From Emiliania huxleyi CCMP1516 (lineage: Eukaryota), in assembly GCF_000372725.1 (NCBI RefSeq), contig NW_005201792.1:623440-687439 (forward strand): a stretch of 64,000 nucleotides of DNA. The letters are read 5' to 3'. The notes under the pieces are model-generated. The model saw only the letters and a program-made list of their open reading frames with translations. It was not told where the DNA came from and did not search any database. Position 1 is the first letter of the stretch. Each line of letters starts with the position of its first letter. Of this stretch, positions 46,521-59,343 are shown in pieces. Made by a program: the position numbers and the translations under genes.

Positions 46521-46784
46521 ATGTTCGGCACCTGTCACGTTAACGACGGGTGGCATCCGGACGAAGACCTTTGCATCCTGGTCATGTGGAGCAAGATCGG
46601 CTCAAACGATTGGAACCGTTGCAGCGCTGCACGAATCAGCGCCGTCCTGCCAGGACGCTCGCCCGATGATGTCATCGCTCGCTTCGAGCGCCTGGCACAG
46701 CAGCACGGCATTGGCAATAGCCCTGACGGCAGACGCGCGCTGGACAACCTGCTGCACTCGGTTGGTATCGAGAGCGAAGCGTGA
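46521..46784 (+). CDS. Small single Myb/SANT-domain ORF or gene fragment
   Basis: GWHPDEDLCIL...GSNDWN...ISAVLPGRSPDDVIARF matches the Myb repeat pattern. Confidence 0.5.
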   Translation: MFGTCHVNDGWHPDEDLCILVMWSKIGSNDWNRCSAARISAVLPGRSPDDVIARFERLAQQHGIGNSPDGRRALDNLLHSVGIESEA

Positions 46785-47905
46785 ATGGCGTGCGGTCCGC
46801 GGCCGAGCGCCCCTCAGACACGATGAACGGTCAGTCCATCCTCGAGAGTCAGGCCCGTGCTTAAGTGCTGCCGTAGCGTGTGATGGCACGGCGTGTGAGT
46901 TGCACCCTTCATATCGGGCGTTTTGGTCTATCACAAAATCAACGTAACGTTCAATCTCTAAGGACACCCGCGATCACAGGCAGGTTACACCGTGTTCGAC
47001 AGAGCTACTGAGCTAGCGAGACTTGAGACTTGAGGTGAGAAAAAAAACTGTTCCGTTTTCAAAGGCAAAACACGACGCTCTGCGGTTGGTGCACCCCTCA
47101 CACTGACACATTCCCCTCATCCCTTACCCTTGGCTGAGCACATCTACCTGCAAGCTAGTCTCTCCGCATTCTCTCTCCCCTAGTCATCCGCCCGCGCCGC
47201 GCGCCATCTAATGGGCGTCTAGTGCAGCCACTGACGGCACTATTCCAAAGGAGCGGTCGATGCCTCGCCTAGAGTTCGGGTGGACTTGCGCACTGCTTAG
47301 CCCTGAGGGGGGAGTGTGTGTGAGGTGGTGTAATGTTGTCCCGTTTCAGGCGGCAGGTCAGGGGATTAGCCGGGAGGATTCGGCAGCTCAGCCGGGGGCT
47401 GAGCGTCTGCAGGCCAGGCAGCCTTCCGCCCGCGCCGAAATTCACAGCCCTCCCGGGCCGACGGGGTGCTCCTTGGATCGGGCCCCGCTCCCCGCCTTTC
47501 CTGTACCTGGACTGTCCGGGTCAGGAGGGTGAGAGTATTGGGTGGGCGAGGGCAGTACATCTGGCGGGTGGCGATTGAGGGACAGCAAGTGGGTTTTGAT
47601 TGTGGGGGGTCAATGGGCGCGGGCGGCGCTTCGTGGTCCGGATTTTTTTGCTGTGCGAGTCGAGCTCGTGGCCGGTGCGCGGGAAACTCGCCGAAAACCC
47701 GCGCAGCCGGCCGATTGTGTTATAGTTTTTTGTACGACCGAGGTCGCCGATTGTACGACCGAGGTCGCACAGGCAGCCTTGGCGACGCGTCACGCGACGC
47801 GCACGTCGCCAAGGAGTTCGTAAAATGTCAGAGTTTTTTGTAATAAGGGGAGAGAAACCACTAGTTGTGGGAGTCGACACGAGCGCGCTCTCTTCTCGCT
47901 TCGCA

Positions 47906-49538
47906 CTATGCGCCCGTGCCGTTGTCGGTCGGCACAAAGACATCCTTGTCGAGCAGCACAAAGGCGGCCCACTCGACGTTCGCCCACAGCCGCGGCGTGG
48001 CGTACACGTTGGCGACGGGCAGCAGCCTGCTCTCGCGCTCGCGCATCCTCTCGCACCATGCGCGCAGCGCGGGCACATCCGCGCCGCCCGCCGCCTCCGC
48101 CCGCTCGCTGGTGAGGCCCGCGGCGCGGACTACCGACGACCAGAGCGCCTGCGTCGAGGTGAAGGCGACCTCCTCCTCCTCCCTCTCCTCCTCCTCCTCC
48201 TCCTCCTCCTTGAGCGCCGCCGCTGATGCTGACGACGGCTCTACCGTCACCCCACCCCCCTCCACCCCGGCCGCCGCCGCACCCGCACCCGCACCACCCG
48301 CCCGCCTCGCCTCCGCCCGCCTCGCCTGCGCCCGCCTCTGCTCGCGAGGGCGGTGAAGCATCGCCTTCGTCTCCCCGTCGCGGTACGACTCGACCATCGC
48401 ACGGACCTGCCCACACGCGGCGGAGTAACGAGCCAAGCTCCGACCCGTCCTGCGAACAAGATCCGCTCCATCTTCTAGATGTCGCTACGTCTAGTTTGGT
48501 AGCGCACGCGCCAGTCCAGCCGGCGTCTCTCCTGCGATGCCGAGCACGCCCGACGCGAGCAGCGCGAAGCAGGCGAGGCTGTCGTGCCACGAGTTGCGAG
48601 GCGGTGGTGGCGCGCGCCCGAGGTAGGTACCTACAGCGTCTCCGCGTCACACTCCGCCGCCGCCTCTCTCGCTCCTTCCTGCTCTCGCTCTCGCGCTCTC
48701 TCCCAACCCCCCCCTCTCTCTCTCTCTCTCATGGCTGCGACGCGAGGAGGGCGGGCGGCGGGCCTGGAGGCTGCCCCTCAGTCGCAAACAGCGCGTACCC
48801 AAACTCGCGGAGTAGGCTGTCGGCGGCGCAGCCAGCCGCAGCGCGCGACTCTGCAACGCGGTGGCCCACCTTGGCCATGCGAAGGCTCGCGAGGCAGCCG
48901 ACCGCCTGGTCCACAGCGCGCCAGTAGCTGCCGTCGCCGTCGCCCTCACGCCGGAAGCGCATCTTCTCCTTATCGAAGAAGCGGCCCGTGAAGGCGTCGA
49001 AGACCTCTGCCGACCGCGCGTTCGCCGCCTCCGCCTCCGGGCTCCCGTCCTCCGCCTCCTCCGCCAGCAGCGAGAAGAAGATGGCAGCCGCGCCATTTGA
49101 GGCGCACCTGTGCTCCGTGCAGGGACGGTAGAAGGCGGCGTCCTCGCCCGCCTCTTCGACCGCGGCCATGGCCACGTCCTCCCAGATACCGGACGGGCTA
49201 CGCCGACGGAAGCCGACGCCATCGAAGCTCATGTCGTGCAGAGAGTCGCCGAGCTTCTGAGCGGCGCTCAGGGTGCGACCCGCGGCCTCAGTCTCGCCAA
49301 GAGCGCGCAACTGCCGCGCCGCGAGAACGCGGCTGACGCCCAGCCACGAATTGTGCCACACACCTTCGCTGCAAAGCCCGCTCTCGTCGTCCAGCATGAC
49401 GTTGAGAAGATTGTGTGGGCGGACGCTGCTCGCGCCGGTCCGTTCCAGTGCGCCGATGGTCGTTACAGCGGTCTGCGTTCGCCACGGGAGCGCGGTGGCT
49501 ACGACACCCGTCACGAATACGCTCGCGAGGTGAATCAT
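47906..49538 (-). CDS. Hypothetical secreted helical protein, possibly six-hairpin glycosidase-like (with introns)
   Basis: Signal-like N-terminus; aromatic-rich helical motifs (EGVWHNSWLG, RFFDKE, YWRAVDQA, LWANVEWAAF); fold assignment is inference. Confidence 0.55.
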
Positions 49539-50216
49539 GCGTAGATCAAGCTTTCCTCAACCCAGGGCTGGCGAGGTACTTCCAGCCTGCTGTGTGGGAA
49601 CAGCTGACGCAGTCTCGCCGAGGCTCGCCCCAGCACCGGACAAAAACCCCGAGAGGCGTGGGAGTACCTTGCCAGACCCAGGGCGCTGTGCTTGTACCTA
49701 GCGCCTCAGCTCGCGGTCAGAAGAATTTGAGGTCACTACCGCCCCTAAACGCACAGCGCCTAGTGTGTGTGTGTGTGTTCGTGTGCGTCGCCCATCTCTC
49801 CCTGGAGATGACTGCTCTATTTATTTATTTAAACGCACAACCCCGGGCCCCGAAATCGCAGAGTGACAGTCAGACATGCAACACGGGGTCCCAGGGAAGG
49901 CAAGCAAAAACCTTATCGCGCGCTAGACGCCGACTCGGAGGCCGCGCCGGTCATTCATGCGCGCAGCCGGAGAGAGGGAGGGAGGCGCTCACTCAATCGC
50001 CGAACTCGGCGAGCGCCTCCAGCGTCTCCCTCACACAACACTGGGCACGGGACTGACAGAAGAAACCCGAGCTACAAGAACTCATTGCGCGCAGCGGCTC
50101 ACGTATTTTCTTTGAAAATCCTCGTATGTTTGTTACGCTTCCAACGGCGCCGCATTCCGTCCCTCCCCGCTCGCTCGACGGAAGATTGACGCACGAACGC
50201 GCGTGCGGCTGTCGTC

Positions 50217-53200
50217 ATGGAGTCGGCGCTCGTGGTTGCAGAGGTGGCCGCACACTCGCTGCGGACAGTCCACGCGGGCGGCTTAGCAATCCCCCTCTCC
50301 GCCCCGTCGCCTCAGGACCAAAAGGAGAGGCCGCTAAAGCTGGCGGAACGGAAGACACTGCCACACAACAAGCCGGCGTTCTGGAGCTCCAAGATCCACG
50401 GGATCCCCGCCAATTACAAGCCCAAGGAGCACGTGCAGCACAAGGCCCGGCCCGGCCAGACGGCTCCCGCCGTCGAGCGGCGTACGACTGCGATCCGCGC
50501 TAAGGCAAAGGAGGCGGGCAAGCTCGTGCCGCGCAGCCAGGCGAGCGTAAGGCTCGTCAACTCGGTGACGGCGGAGCTAAAGCGCAAGGCGCGCGGCGCC
50601 CGTCCGAATCCGCCAGGCCTGCGCGCGGTCCGTCCGGTCCTGTTTCACGCCTCGCGCTGTACTCAAAGGTCATTCAAGACTACACCCCCTTCCACGAGAA
50701 GGAGTCGACGATACTGATGCGCACCTTCGAGCTGTTCGACCACGACCGGAGCGGGGTAGTCAGTGTCGAGGCCTTCCAAAAGGTTCTCGCTTGCTTCGAG
50801 ATTGAGGCAGACGAGACGACCTGCCACGCAGTCTTTCAAAAGTGCGCACAATGCACGCGCAACATGCGGAGCGTCGGTAAGCACACCTCTGAGCGTTCGA
50901 GGGTCGTGTGCAGGTTCGGCTGCAACCAGCTGGGGCAGCTGCCCTACGATGTCTTCACGCGCACCCTCTTTACGTCCGCGAATCGGCTGCTCGCGTGGAC
51001 ATCCATCAAGCAGGTGCCGTCTAGACGCTTAAGCCACTTCACAGACTAGAGCAGGTGACGGAGCACTTTCCTCTTGCACACGCTTCAGACAGAGGCACAG
51101 ACTCCTCGCCTCCACCGGCCTGCGCCAGCACACGACACTCTGCAAGCAACCTGAGCCCCGGCGCTGCTGCGCGTCGCTCAGGGCGTACCCTTCCAAGACA
51201 GCTCGCAGGCCATCCAGCAACGCGCCGAGAACGAGTTCCGAGGTGTGCGCCTACCAATTATTGAGTAGCGCGCGCCAGTGGCGCTCTCGACTGCGTCGAA
51301 TCTCGCCCCTTGCTGCAGGCAAGATCCAGACCGGCCGTTTCAAGTGCCTCACCGGGCTATACACGCCATCCGACTGGGACAGCCGCGCCGTGCTCGAGCG
51401 GGCACGCCGGCGGCCCGACGCGCACCTCGAGCTCGACTTCGTGTACGGCTACGCCGGCAACACAAAGTTCCTCATTGAGAAGGGCCAGCGGATTGACCCG
51501 CAATCCTCGTTCGTCTCGCCAAACCTGTTCTACACCTCCACTCGCGAGGTTGCCTACTTCACGGCCGCGACGGGCAGCGCCCTCGAGTGGGAGACGACGT
51601 GTCCCGGGCATTGCCCATGAAATGTCCACGACACGCTCTTCTAGGTATCGTCCTCAAGTGGGAGGACAGCAAGGAGGGAGGCCCCGCAAAGGCGCAGGCG
51701 GCTGGCGCGGTGGCCGAGGAGCGGGAGTCGGCGCCGCCACAGGCAGGCCGCAAGCGGCAGCGTTTCTTCACATCGCACGACAACGACATCCTGTGCCTGG
51801 CGTTGGACGCCTCGCGCAACTACGCGGCGACGGGGCAGGCGGCACCACTCAAGGTCGCCAAAGGCGTCCAGAGCACGCCCACCGTCAGCGTCTGGGACGT
51901 GCACTCGATGCAGGCACCGTCTCCTCTTTCCACCGCACCGCCAGCCCCAAGATGCAGCCCAGGGCACGGCCGCCCGAGAGAATGGATGCCAGCGCTCTGC
52001 ACGGCCATGTCTACAGGAGCTTGCCACGCTGGAGCACACAACGTCAAAGGACGAGCCGACCGACTCGATCGCGGGCGTGCAGGCAAGATTGTAGGCCATG
52101 TGTGGCCCCTAGACGATCGCCATACGCGCGCTTCCCACGCTGCTCTTATTGCCGTGGCGCATCCGATGTTGGTTCCACAGGCGGTCTGCTTCTCGGAAGA
52201 CGGGCGGCTCGTCATCTCGGTGTGCCGCAACACGCACCACTCGCTCTTCGTTTGGGAGTGGAGGACGCGTAAGTTGCTCTATCGGGAGAACACGTGCCAG
52301 GGCACGCCGCCGTGCGTTTTTGGTATCAAGTGGAACCCAGTCGAGGTCGGTGAGGGTTCCAAGCAGACCAAGCTGTTTGACTTCTGCTCGTTTGGCACCA
52401 AGCACATCATCTTTTGGAAAGAGTGCCCGCCACCGAAGGAGTCAAAGTTCAAGCGCATCTGGTCGCAGGACGCGGGCTCCTTCCTCAACAAGGACAATCC
52501 GAAGGGAACCAAGTCCAACGACGGCGTCGACATCCAGGATGTCCTGTGTGTCGAGTTCCTGCCGGTGAGCAGCGCAATAGGAATCGCGCGGCGCGATCTA
52601 GATTGAACGCCCACGATGCGCTGATCCTAAGGAGCGAACGGCGCCGTCTTTCCTAGGACGGTGGCGTTGTCACGGGCATGCAGTCTGGCGACATGTACAT
52701 GTGGCAGGCCTTTGGCGCGACAAATCTCGACGCGAGCTCCTCTAAGTCCGCCGACAAGTCCGAGCCGGGCAAGAAGGTTCGGTCCGGGGTCGACATGCGC
52801 GTCATCCGGCGCATCACCGTCCCGTCACCAGAGAAGGGGCGGCCTCCGAGCCGGGCACACACACACAACCTCACGGTCCTTAAGTTGCGGGCCGGCGGGA
52901 GCGCCCAGGGCACGCTCGACCTGCTCTCGGGCGGCGGCGACGGAGAGATCAAGGTGTGGAAGGTCAAGGCGGGGCAGCCCGTCCACTACGGCACTTGCCG
53001 CATCCCGCGAGTCACCAAGCGCTCCTCCAAGCCGCTGATCAAGGCGAGCGGCGAATCCACCACGCCCCTTGAGGCCGGCCGTCCGAGCGCGCACGCACGC
53101 TCACACACCTCTCGCTAGGCGCTCGACACCTTCCCGGCGTCCGACGAGGTGGTTGTGGGGACGGACAAGTGCGACATCTGGAAGATCGAGCTCGAGCGAA

Positions 53201-54880
53201 GCGGCAAGGACCTCGTCCTCAAGGAGGGCAAGCTCGCGCATAAGTCGCGGCAGCTCGTGGTGAAGGGCCACGCAGACTACCTGCGCGGCCTCGACGCGCA
53301 CCCGACCAAGGATTTTCTGATGGCCAGCGCGTGCAAGAGCGACCGAGTGTATATCTGGAACTGCAAGGCCAAGGAGGAGGTGGCCTTCGCCTCCTTCCCC
53401 GGTGAGCAGGCCGTCGCGTGCGCCTTCTCAAGCGATGGGCACCGGCTTGCGGTCGGCACCGTCGCGGGCAAGGTCTTCATCCTATCCGACGCCGCGCAGA
53501 CGCCGGAGCAGGAAGAGGGCGGCTGGGCGGGCGAGCTCTTCCCTTTGCGGGCGAGCCAGACGCAAGCCGCGCGGATGCCCATTCGCGATTGCGTCTCAGA
53601 GATCTCAGAGCTACGCTACTCGCCTAACAACAAGATGCTGGCCGTCGCGTCGCACGATCAGGCGAGGAGGGCTCCCTTCTTCCGCCCAAGTCCACTCCCT
53701 CCTCCCTCACTGCTCCTGCTCGGTGTAGATGATTGACATCTACAACGCTGTGGGCGACTCTTATGTGCGGCTCGCGCGCTGCAAAGGCCACTCGTCGACA
53801 GTACTACACGTGGACTGGAGCACCAACTCAAGGGTGCGCCGCCAAGACCCTCCTCCCGGAAGCGCCAACCACCATTCTCCCCCCCCCCCCCCCCCCGCTA
53901 CCACCTCCACAACGCGTGTGCATATGGCATATGCACACCGCCTGTGCCCTGACCCTACGCTTCTGTGTGCGCCCTCTAGGTGTTGCAGTCGACATGCAGC
54001 GCACGCGAGCTGCTCTACTGGGACACGTGGTGGGGCTACGACGACGATAACTTGGGGGCTCAGCCGCGGCGGCGCATCGGCCTGCAAAACATCGAGGACC
54101 AGCGCGATGGACGGTGGGCCCGGAAGGTTGCACTGACCTTGCACCCGTAAGACTGCGTCTTTAGGCCAGCCGGTGGTGAGTAGGTGGGCGAGCTGGTCGT
54201 GCACGCTCGGCTTCAACGTGATGGGCATCTACCCCGAAGGCTACGGCACCGACGACATCAACATGGTGGCCCGCTCGCCGTGCCACCGCTTCCTTGCCGC
54301 GGCCGACGACCGAGGCCAAGCGTCATGCTGCGGCTCGGCGAGGGTGGTGCGAGGTATGACGTACAGAGCGTGCTTTTTAGGCGGAGTGATTCTGTACAAC
54401 TTCCCGTCGATCGTCGACCGCCAGAAGCACTACTGGTACGCTGGCCACTCCTCCTTCGTCGAGAATGTCAAGTGGATCAAGGCGCCCATGCCGAGCGCAA
54501 AGAACCCGACAGGAGGGCCGCAGCTGCTGTGCTCCGCGGGAGGGGCCGACCGCGCGATCTTTCAGTGGAAGCTCGTTGTCGATGTGGAGCCCCCCGAGGC
54601 GGCGGCCGGTGGGGCTAGCGGCGCTGCGATCACGGCTGCGTCGCCAGAGCCGAAGCGGCTGACGGCGCTCAGTAGCCCCTCTTTCATCGAGCAGCGGGCT
54701 ACGTTGGCGGAGCAGTCGGCCCTCATTCAACAGCAGGAAGAGGAGCTCGAGTCGCTCAAACGGCGAGTCGCCCGCCACGAGGCGAAACGGACGGCAGCAT
54801 CCCGCGCGCCCTTGGACCCAGTGGCCGAGCCCGATGCTCCTGCAGAGGCCCCGTCAGCGTCGCACGAAGCCGTGAGCTAG
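50217..54880 (+). CDS. EML-like protein: EF-hand, HELP motif, WD40 repeats, C-terminal coiled coil (multi-exon)
   Basis: FELFDHDRSGVVS; LELDFVYGYAG..NLFYTSTREVAYFTAA; HDNDILCLA; CKGHSSTVLHVDWS; WASWSCTLGFNVMGI; YAGHSSFVENVKW. Confidence 0.85.
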
Positions 54881-55046
54881 GACCTCTAGCTCCTAGGTTG
54901 TTGTACTCAGGTTGTTGTGTGTAAAATCCTAGATATACGTGCATGCCCACACATCACGGCGCGCGCAAACACCGCTGCCACCCTCTACTACACCCTACAC
55001 GTACTCGCACATGCACGTACTCTAGCACGTACTCTCGCACACGAGT

Positions 55047-55948
55047 TCAGGGCTCACGGTGCAGGTGGTCGTCCGGCTCGGACCGGTGCCCCTCCGCTCT
55101 GAGCGCTTCGCGCAGCCGTGCCACCTCAGCGCGCAGCTCGCACAGCTCGAGATATTCCGGCGTCGGATCCGTATTGGTCGCGACCGAGACGCGCGGTGCT
55201 GGCCGGCAAGCCAAAGCGGCGCTCGGCCGCAACCCGGCGCGCTCCGCCGCCACTCGGGCCTGCAGCGCCACACGCTGCGCCTGGAGCGACGCGTTCGCCT
55301 CGGCATTCGCTGCCGCAAAACGCACAATGGCGCCGACCGGCGGCGCGAGGGGCGGCGGCAATGCCGGCGGCGGTAGCGCCGGCGGCGGCGGCGATGTGTC
55401 GGAGGGCGAAGGCGAGGGCGAGGGTGAGGGTGGCGACGGAGGCGTGGGCGGTGCCGGTGGCGGCGGCGTCGCCGCCACCTCTTCCGGCGGCGCAGGCGAG
55501 GCGGCGGCGGCAGCGGCGGCGGCGTCGGCTGCAGCGGCAGCGGCGGCCTCCCGCTTCGCCTTCGCCGAAGCGATTTGCCGCGCCGCTGCGAAGCGCACGA
55601 TGGATGCGGCCACCTTGGCGCGCGCCGGCGAGTGCGACTGTTGCGGCGGTGGTTTTGATGGCGAGAGCGGCTCTGGCGACGGCGTCGGTCGCGCCGCCCG
55701 CCTGTCGCTCCCCGCAGCGACGTCTCGCATCGCCACTGCGAGCTCGGCGGCCGCGGCCGCGGCCTGCTTCGCCGCCCCCCTCGACTGGGCTGCGGCGGCA
55801 TCCTCGCTCGAGGCAGCTTCGCTGGGGCGGGCGGCACACTCCCCCGCGCCATCGGCGCGGCCCTCTGTGTGCACCCTTCCCTCCTCCTCTCCCTCCACCG
55901 AAGCAGGGGTCAGGTCTCCCCTCTCCCCCTCAGGACCCGCCCCCACCC

Positions 55949-55992
<44 letters not shown>

Positions 55993-57623
55993 CCCGCCGC
56001 CGCTGCTGCCGCCGCTGCCGCCGCTGCCGCCGCTGCCGCTGCCGACGCCGCCGCTCCCATCTCCTCCTCATCGCGTGCTACTGCCGTCTCGGCCGCGGCT
56101 CCGCTGCCGCCGCACTCTCCCGCCGCCGCGGGGCCCTTGGCGGGCGGCTGCTCTGCTGCGGCCGGTCGCTCCGGCTGCTGGCCAGCGGGAGGCAGGTCGG
56201 CGGGCGGCAAAGCGGTGGGGGGCGGCTCGGCTGTGCCGGTGGCCGAAGGCAGCTCGAGAGCGAGCGAGTGCACCTGTGGAGAGAGTGCTCAATGGTGGCG
56301 GTCTGGTGGTGGTGTGGTTTGGGACGGGTCAAGCTCTTCCTTGATCGGCCGCTTGGTGAATCGATCTTCCTCGAGCTCGACGACGATCTCGTCGCTCTCG
56401 CCTTCGATGCGGCACGCCTATACACGCGCACACGCCGCAGCGCGCCGCTGGAGGGGGGCGCGGGGCGGGGGAGCGCGCGGCTCACTGCGGCGGGGACCCA
56501 TCCGAGCGAGCCGGATAGGAAGCTGAGGACTGGCACCTGGAGTCACCCGTGTGGGTTGCGTGGGGCGTGGCGGCGTGAGGGGTCTGTTGCGGGTGGGGTG
56601 GGGTGGTGGGTTGCGGTCTGGCGAGCTGGCGGGAGGTGAGCGGCTCTCTCGGAGGCGTGTCTCGGAGGCGTGTCTCGGAGGCGTGTCTCGCACCACGAGC
56701 GGGCTCTTCTCTTCTCTTCTCTTCTCTGTCTCGCACCACGAGCGGGCTCTTCTAGGAAGTGTCTAGGAAGTGTCTAGGAAGTGTCTAGGAAGTGTCTTGG
56801 AAGTGTCTAGGAAGTGTCTCGCACCACGAGCGGGCTCTTCTCGACCACGCGCACACGCTGTCCGACGAGCGCCTGGGGCGGAAGCGGCGGGGCGACGGCG
56901 TCCAAGGCGGTGCACGCTTCGGCACGAGGTGCGTTGCAGCGGCGGCGGAAAAGGGTGTCTTCAGATGGTGTCGTGCAGTTTTATGTGGTCAGTGCTGGGC
57001 CGAGGGCAGTAGTGCGCCTCTCCGCGCGACCGCATCGCCGTCTGCAGGAGGCGGGCGCACTCGGGGTGCCCGTTGCGCGTCGCGCGCCCAATAATGCCCG
57101 GCAGCAGCTTCACGCCCGGCGCGGTGGGCTGCAGTGCGGCGCCGCGCCGCAGCAGCGCCTCGACGATGCCGTCGTGGCCCAGCACGGCGGCGCGATAGAG
57201 GGCGGGATGGCCCTGGGCGTCCGTGAGGTCGAGCTGTGCGCCGCGCTCGAGCAGGAGCTCGGCCACGCCCGCGTGGCCGTTGATGCATGCGCGCATGAGC
57301 GCGGTGCAGCCCTGCACGTCGGGAGTGTCGAGCTGAGCGCCAGCATGCAGCAGGGCGGTCACGCACTCCAGATGGCCCAGATCGGCGGCGATATTGAGCG
57401 AGGTTTTGCCGTGGCTGTTACACCGGTCCAGCAGGGACTTGCCGTGCTCCAAGAGCAGCGGCAGCACCGCATGGTGGCCACCTTCGCACGCAGCATGCAG
57501 GGCTGTCTTGCCGCCCGGCTCGCTCTTCCGGCACTCTCTGCGGAAGCGCTGCGCGTTGTTTACGAGCTGCTGCACCTTGCCGACGTCTCCGCGGCCGGCT
57601 GCCAGGATCAAGGTGTCGGGCAT
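55047..57623 (-). CDS. Ankyrin-repeat protein, probably continuing through introns into an Ala/Pro-rich tail
   Basis: GKTALHAAC, GKTSLNIAA..GHLECV, GCTALMRAC, GHPALYRAA; linkage to downstream exons (ALVGQRVRV; IEGESDEIVVELEEDRF; 55047-56273) is inferred. Confidence 0.7.
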
Positions 57624-58018
57624 ATTGCGCGCGCAGAGAGCAAATGGCTCGGCGGCAAAGAGGCAGCGTCGTGCGCAGTGGCGCGTCTTTTTTTTCTATA
57701 GGGTGAGGCGGCGTGCCGTTTCCCGATCCCTCCTTGCTGGCTTCTTGAATCTGCGGTGACTCCACACGTTACTTTATGGTGTGCCACACAATACAACATG
57801 CAACAGATCAAGCGAGCAGAGCCCAGAGAGAATCACAAAAAATGCCAGTTGGGGGGCGACAAGACAGGGGCCGGGGGGGGCGACAAGACACGGACGCGCT
57901 CGGCGCTCCGTTCCTACCGATACATGTAGCGCTCATTGCGCGTCCTCTTGCCCTTGCGCACGGGCATTGCCTCCTCGAGTTGCCTCCTTGGCCAACTGCT
58001 TGCTCTCGGCTAAGCCCA

Positions 58019-59164
58019 CTAAATCAAGACTGCGACAGAAGCGCGTCGCAATTTCCCCATCGGCACCACTGCCTCCCACGCATTCGTGGCGGGATCGTAC
58101 CGCTCCACCGAGCGGAGGGCGTGGTAGCCGGCATCCTCTCCTCCCACCGCATACAGCTTGCCGTCAAGCTCTGCCACGGCGTGATAACGCCGCGCCTCTG
58201 CCATCGGCGCCACCGCTTCCCACGCATCCAGCGCCGGGTCGTACCGCTCCACCGAGGTGAGGTCGCCATCGCTGAAGCCGCCCACAGCGTACAGCTTGCC
58301 GTCGAGCCCCGCCACGGCGAGATCGTCCCGCACCGTCCCCATCGACGCCACTGCCTCCCACGCATTCAGTGCCGGGTCGTACCGCTCGACTGAGCTAGGG
58401 TATTCGCTGCCGCCGCCCACAGCATACAGCTTGCCTTCGAGCACCGCGACGGCGGGATCATGCCGCGCCGTCGCCATCGGCGCCACCGCCTCCCACGCTT
58501 TCGTCGCGGGATCGTACCGCTCGACTGAGCTGAGGTCGCCGTCGTCGTTGTTGAACCCGCCCACAGCATAGACCTTGCCGTCGAGCACCGCCATGCCGTG
58601 AGAAGACCGTGCCTCTGCCATCGGCGCCACCGCCTCCCACGCTTTCGTTTCAAAGACGTACCGCTCCACCAGGTTGGACGCTGCGAAGTTTATGTGTCCG
58701 CCCGCCGCGTAGAGCTTGCCATCGAGTACAGCCGTGCGGACAAACGTGCGTGCCGCAGGCATCGGCGCCACAGGCTCCTCCTCCCACTCATTTGTGGACG
58801 CGTCGTACCGCTCCAGCGAGCTGATGAGGCGTCCAGCGTTGCCTTCGCCGCCAAACACGGTCAGGCGCAGCCTCTCGCGCTTCGGCAGCGTCTGCTTCCA
58901 GCCGCGGCGCCACGCGCGGCACGTCCCCTTGACGGCGTGCCCCTTGGTCGGCAGCTGGGCGAGGATGTGCGGGGCGAGGTCCGGCGAGAGGAGGACCTCG
59001 GAGAGCACCCACTCGGGCTGCTCCACGAGCCGTGCGGCGTGCTCCTCCGCCACGCGCAGCGCGGCGTCGCTCGCGCCCGCCTGCGCCTCGATGATGGCGC
59101 ACAGCTGCGCTGGCGAGAGGCCCGCGACGCGGGCGCCGATGCGGTGGGAGGCCGTGTTGCACAC
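58019..59164 (-). CDS. Intronless Kelch-repeat protein with an F-box-like N-terminus; no ATG at the 5' end
   Basis: Five to six repeats of VLDGKLYAVGG...SVERYDP..NAWEAVAPM; LLSPDLAPHILAQL...TCRAWR. Confidence 0.8.
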   Translation of the reverse strand: MCNTASHRIGARVAGLSPAQLCAIIEAQAGASDAALRVAEEHAARLVEQPEWVLSEVLLSPDLAPHILAQLPTKGHAVKGTCRAWRRGWKQTLPKRERLRLTVFGGEGNAGRLISSLERYDASTNEWEEEPVAPMPAARTFVRTAVLDGKLYAAGGHINFAASNLVERYVFETKAWEAVAPMAEARSSHGMAVLDGKVYAVGGFNNDDGDLSSVERYDPATKAWEAVAPMATARHDPAVAVLEGKLYAVGGGSEYPSSVERYDPALNAWEAVASMGTVRDDLAVAGLDGKLYAVGGFSDGDLTSVERYDPALDAWEAVAPMAEARRYHAVAELDGKLYAVGGEDAGYHALRSVERYDPATNAWEAVVPMGKLRRASVAVLI

Positions 59165-59343
59165 GCCGAGGGGGCTCGTGGATGCCGGACCTCGGAGGTC
59201 GAGGAGAGCGAGAAGCGAAAATTCACCTTAATTATTTTTTCGGGGGCAACAAACGGAGAAAAAACACACCGCGAGAAAAAAAGAATTTTTCCGGTAACTG
59301 CGCCCACGCCCGCTCCAAAGCCGACGCTGCTGCACGCTGCGGC

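Noticed and set aside
54943..56526. Long antisense or alternative-frame ORFs (this one and many similar)
   Set aside because: Expected from high GC and low complexity opposite real genes; no recognisable motifs.
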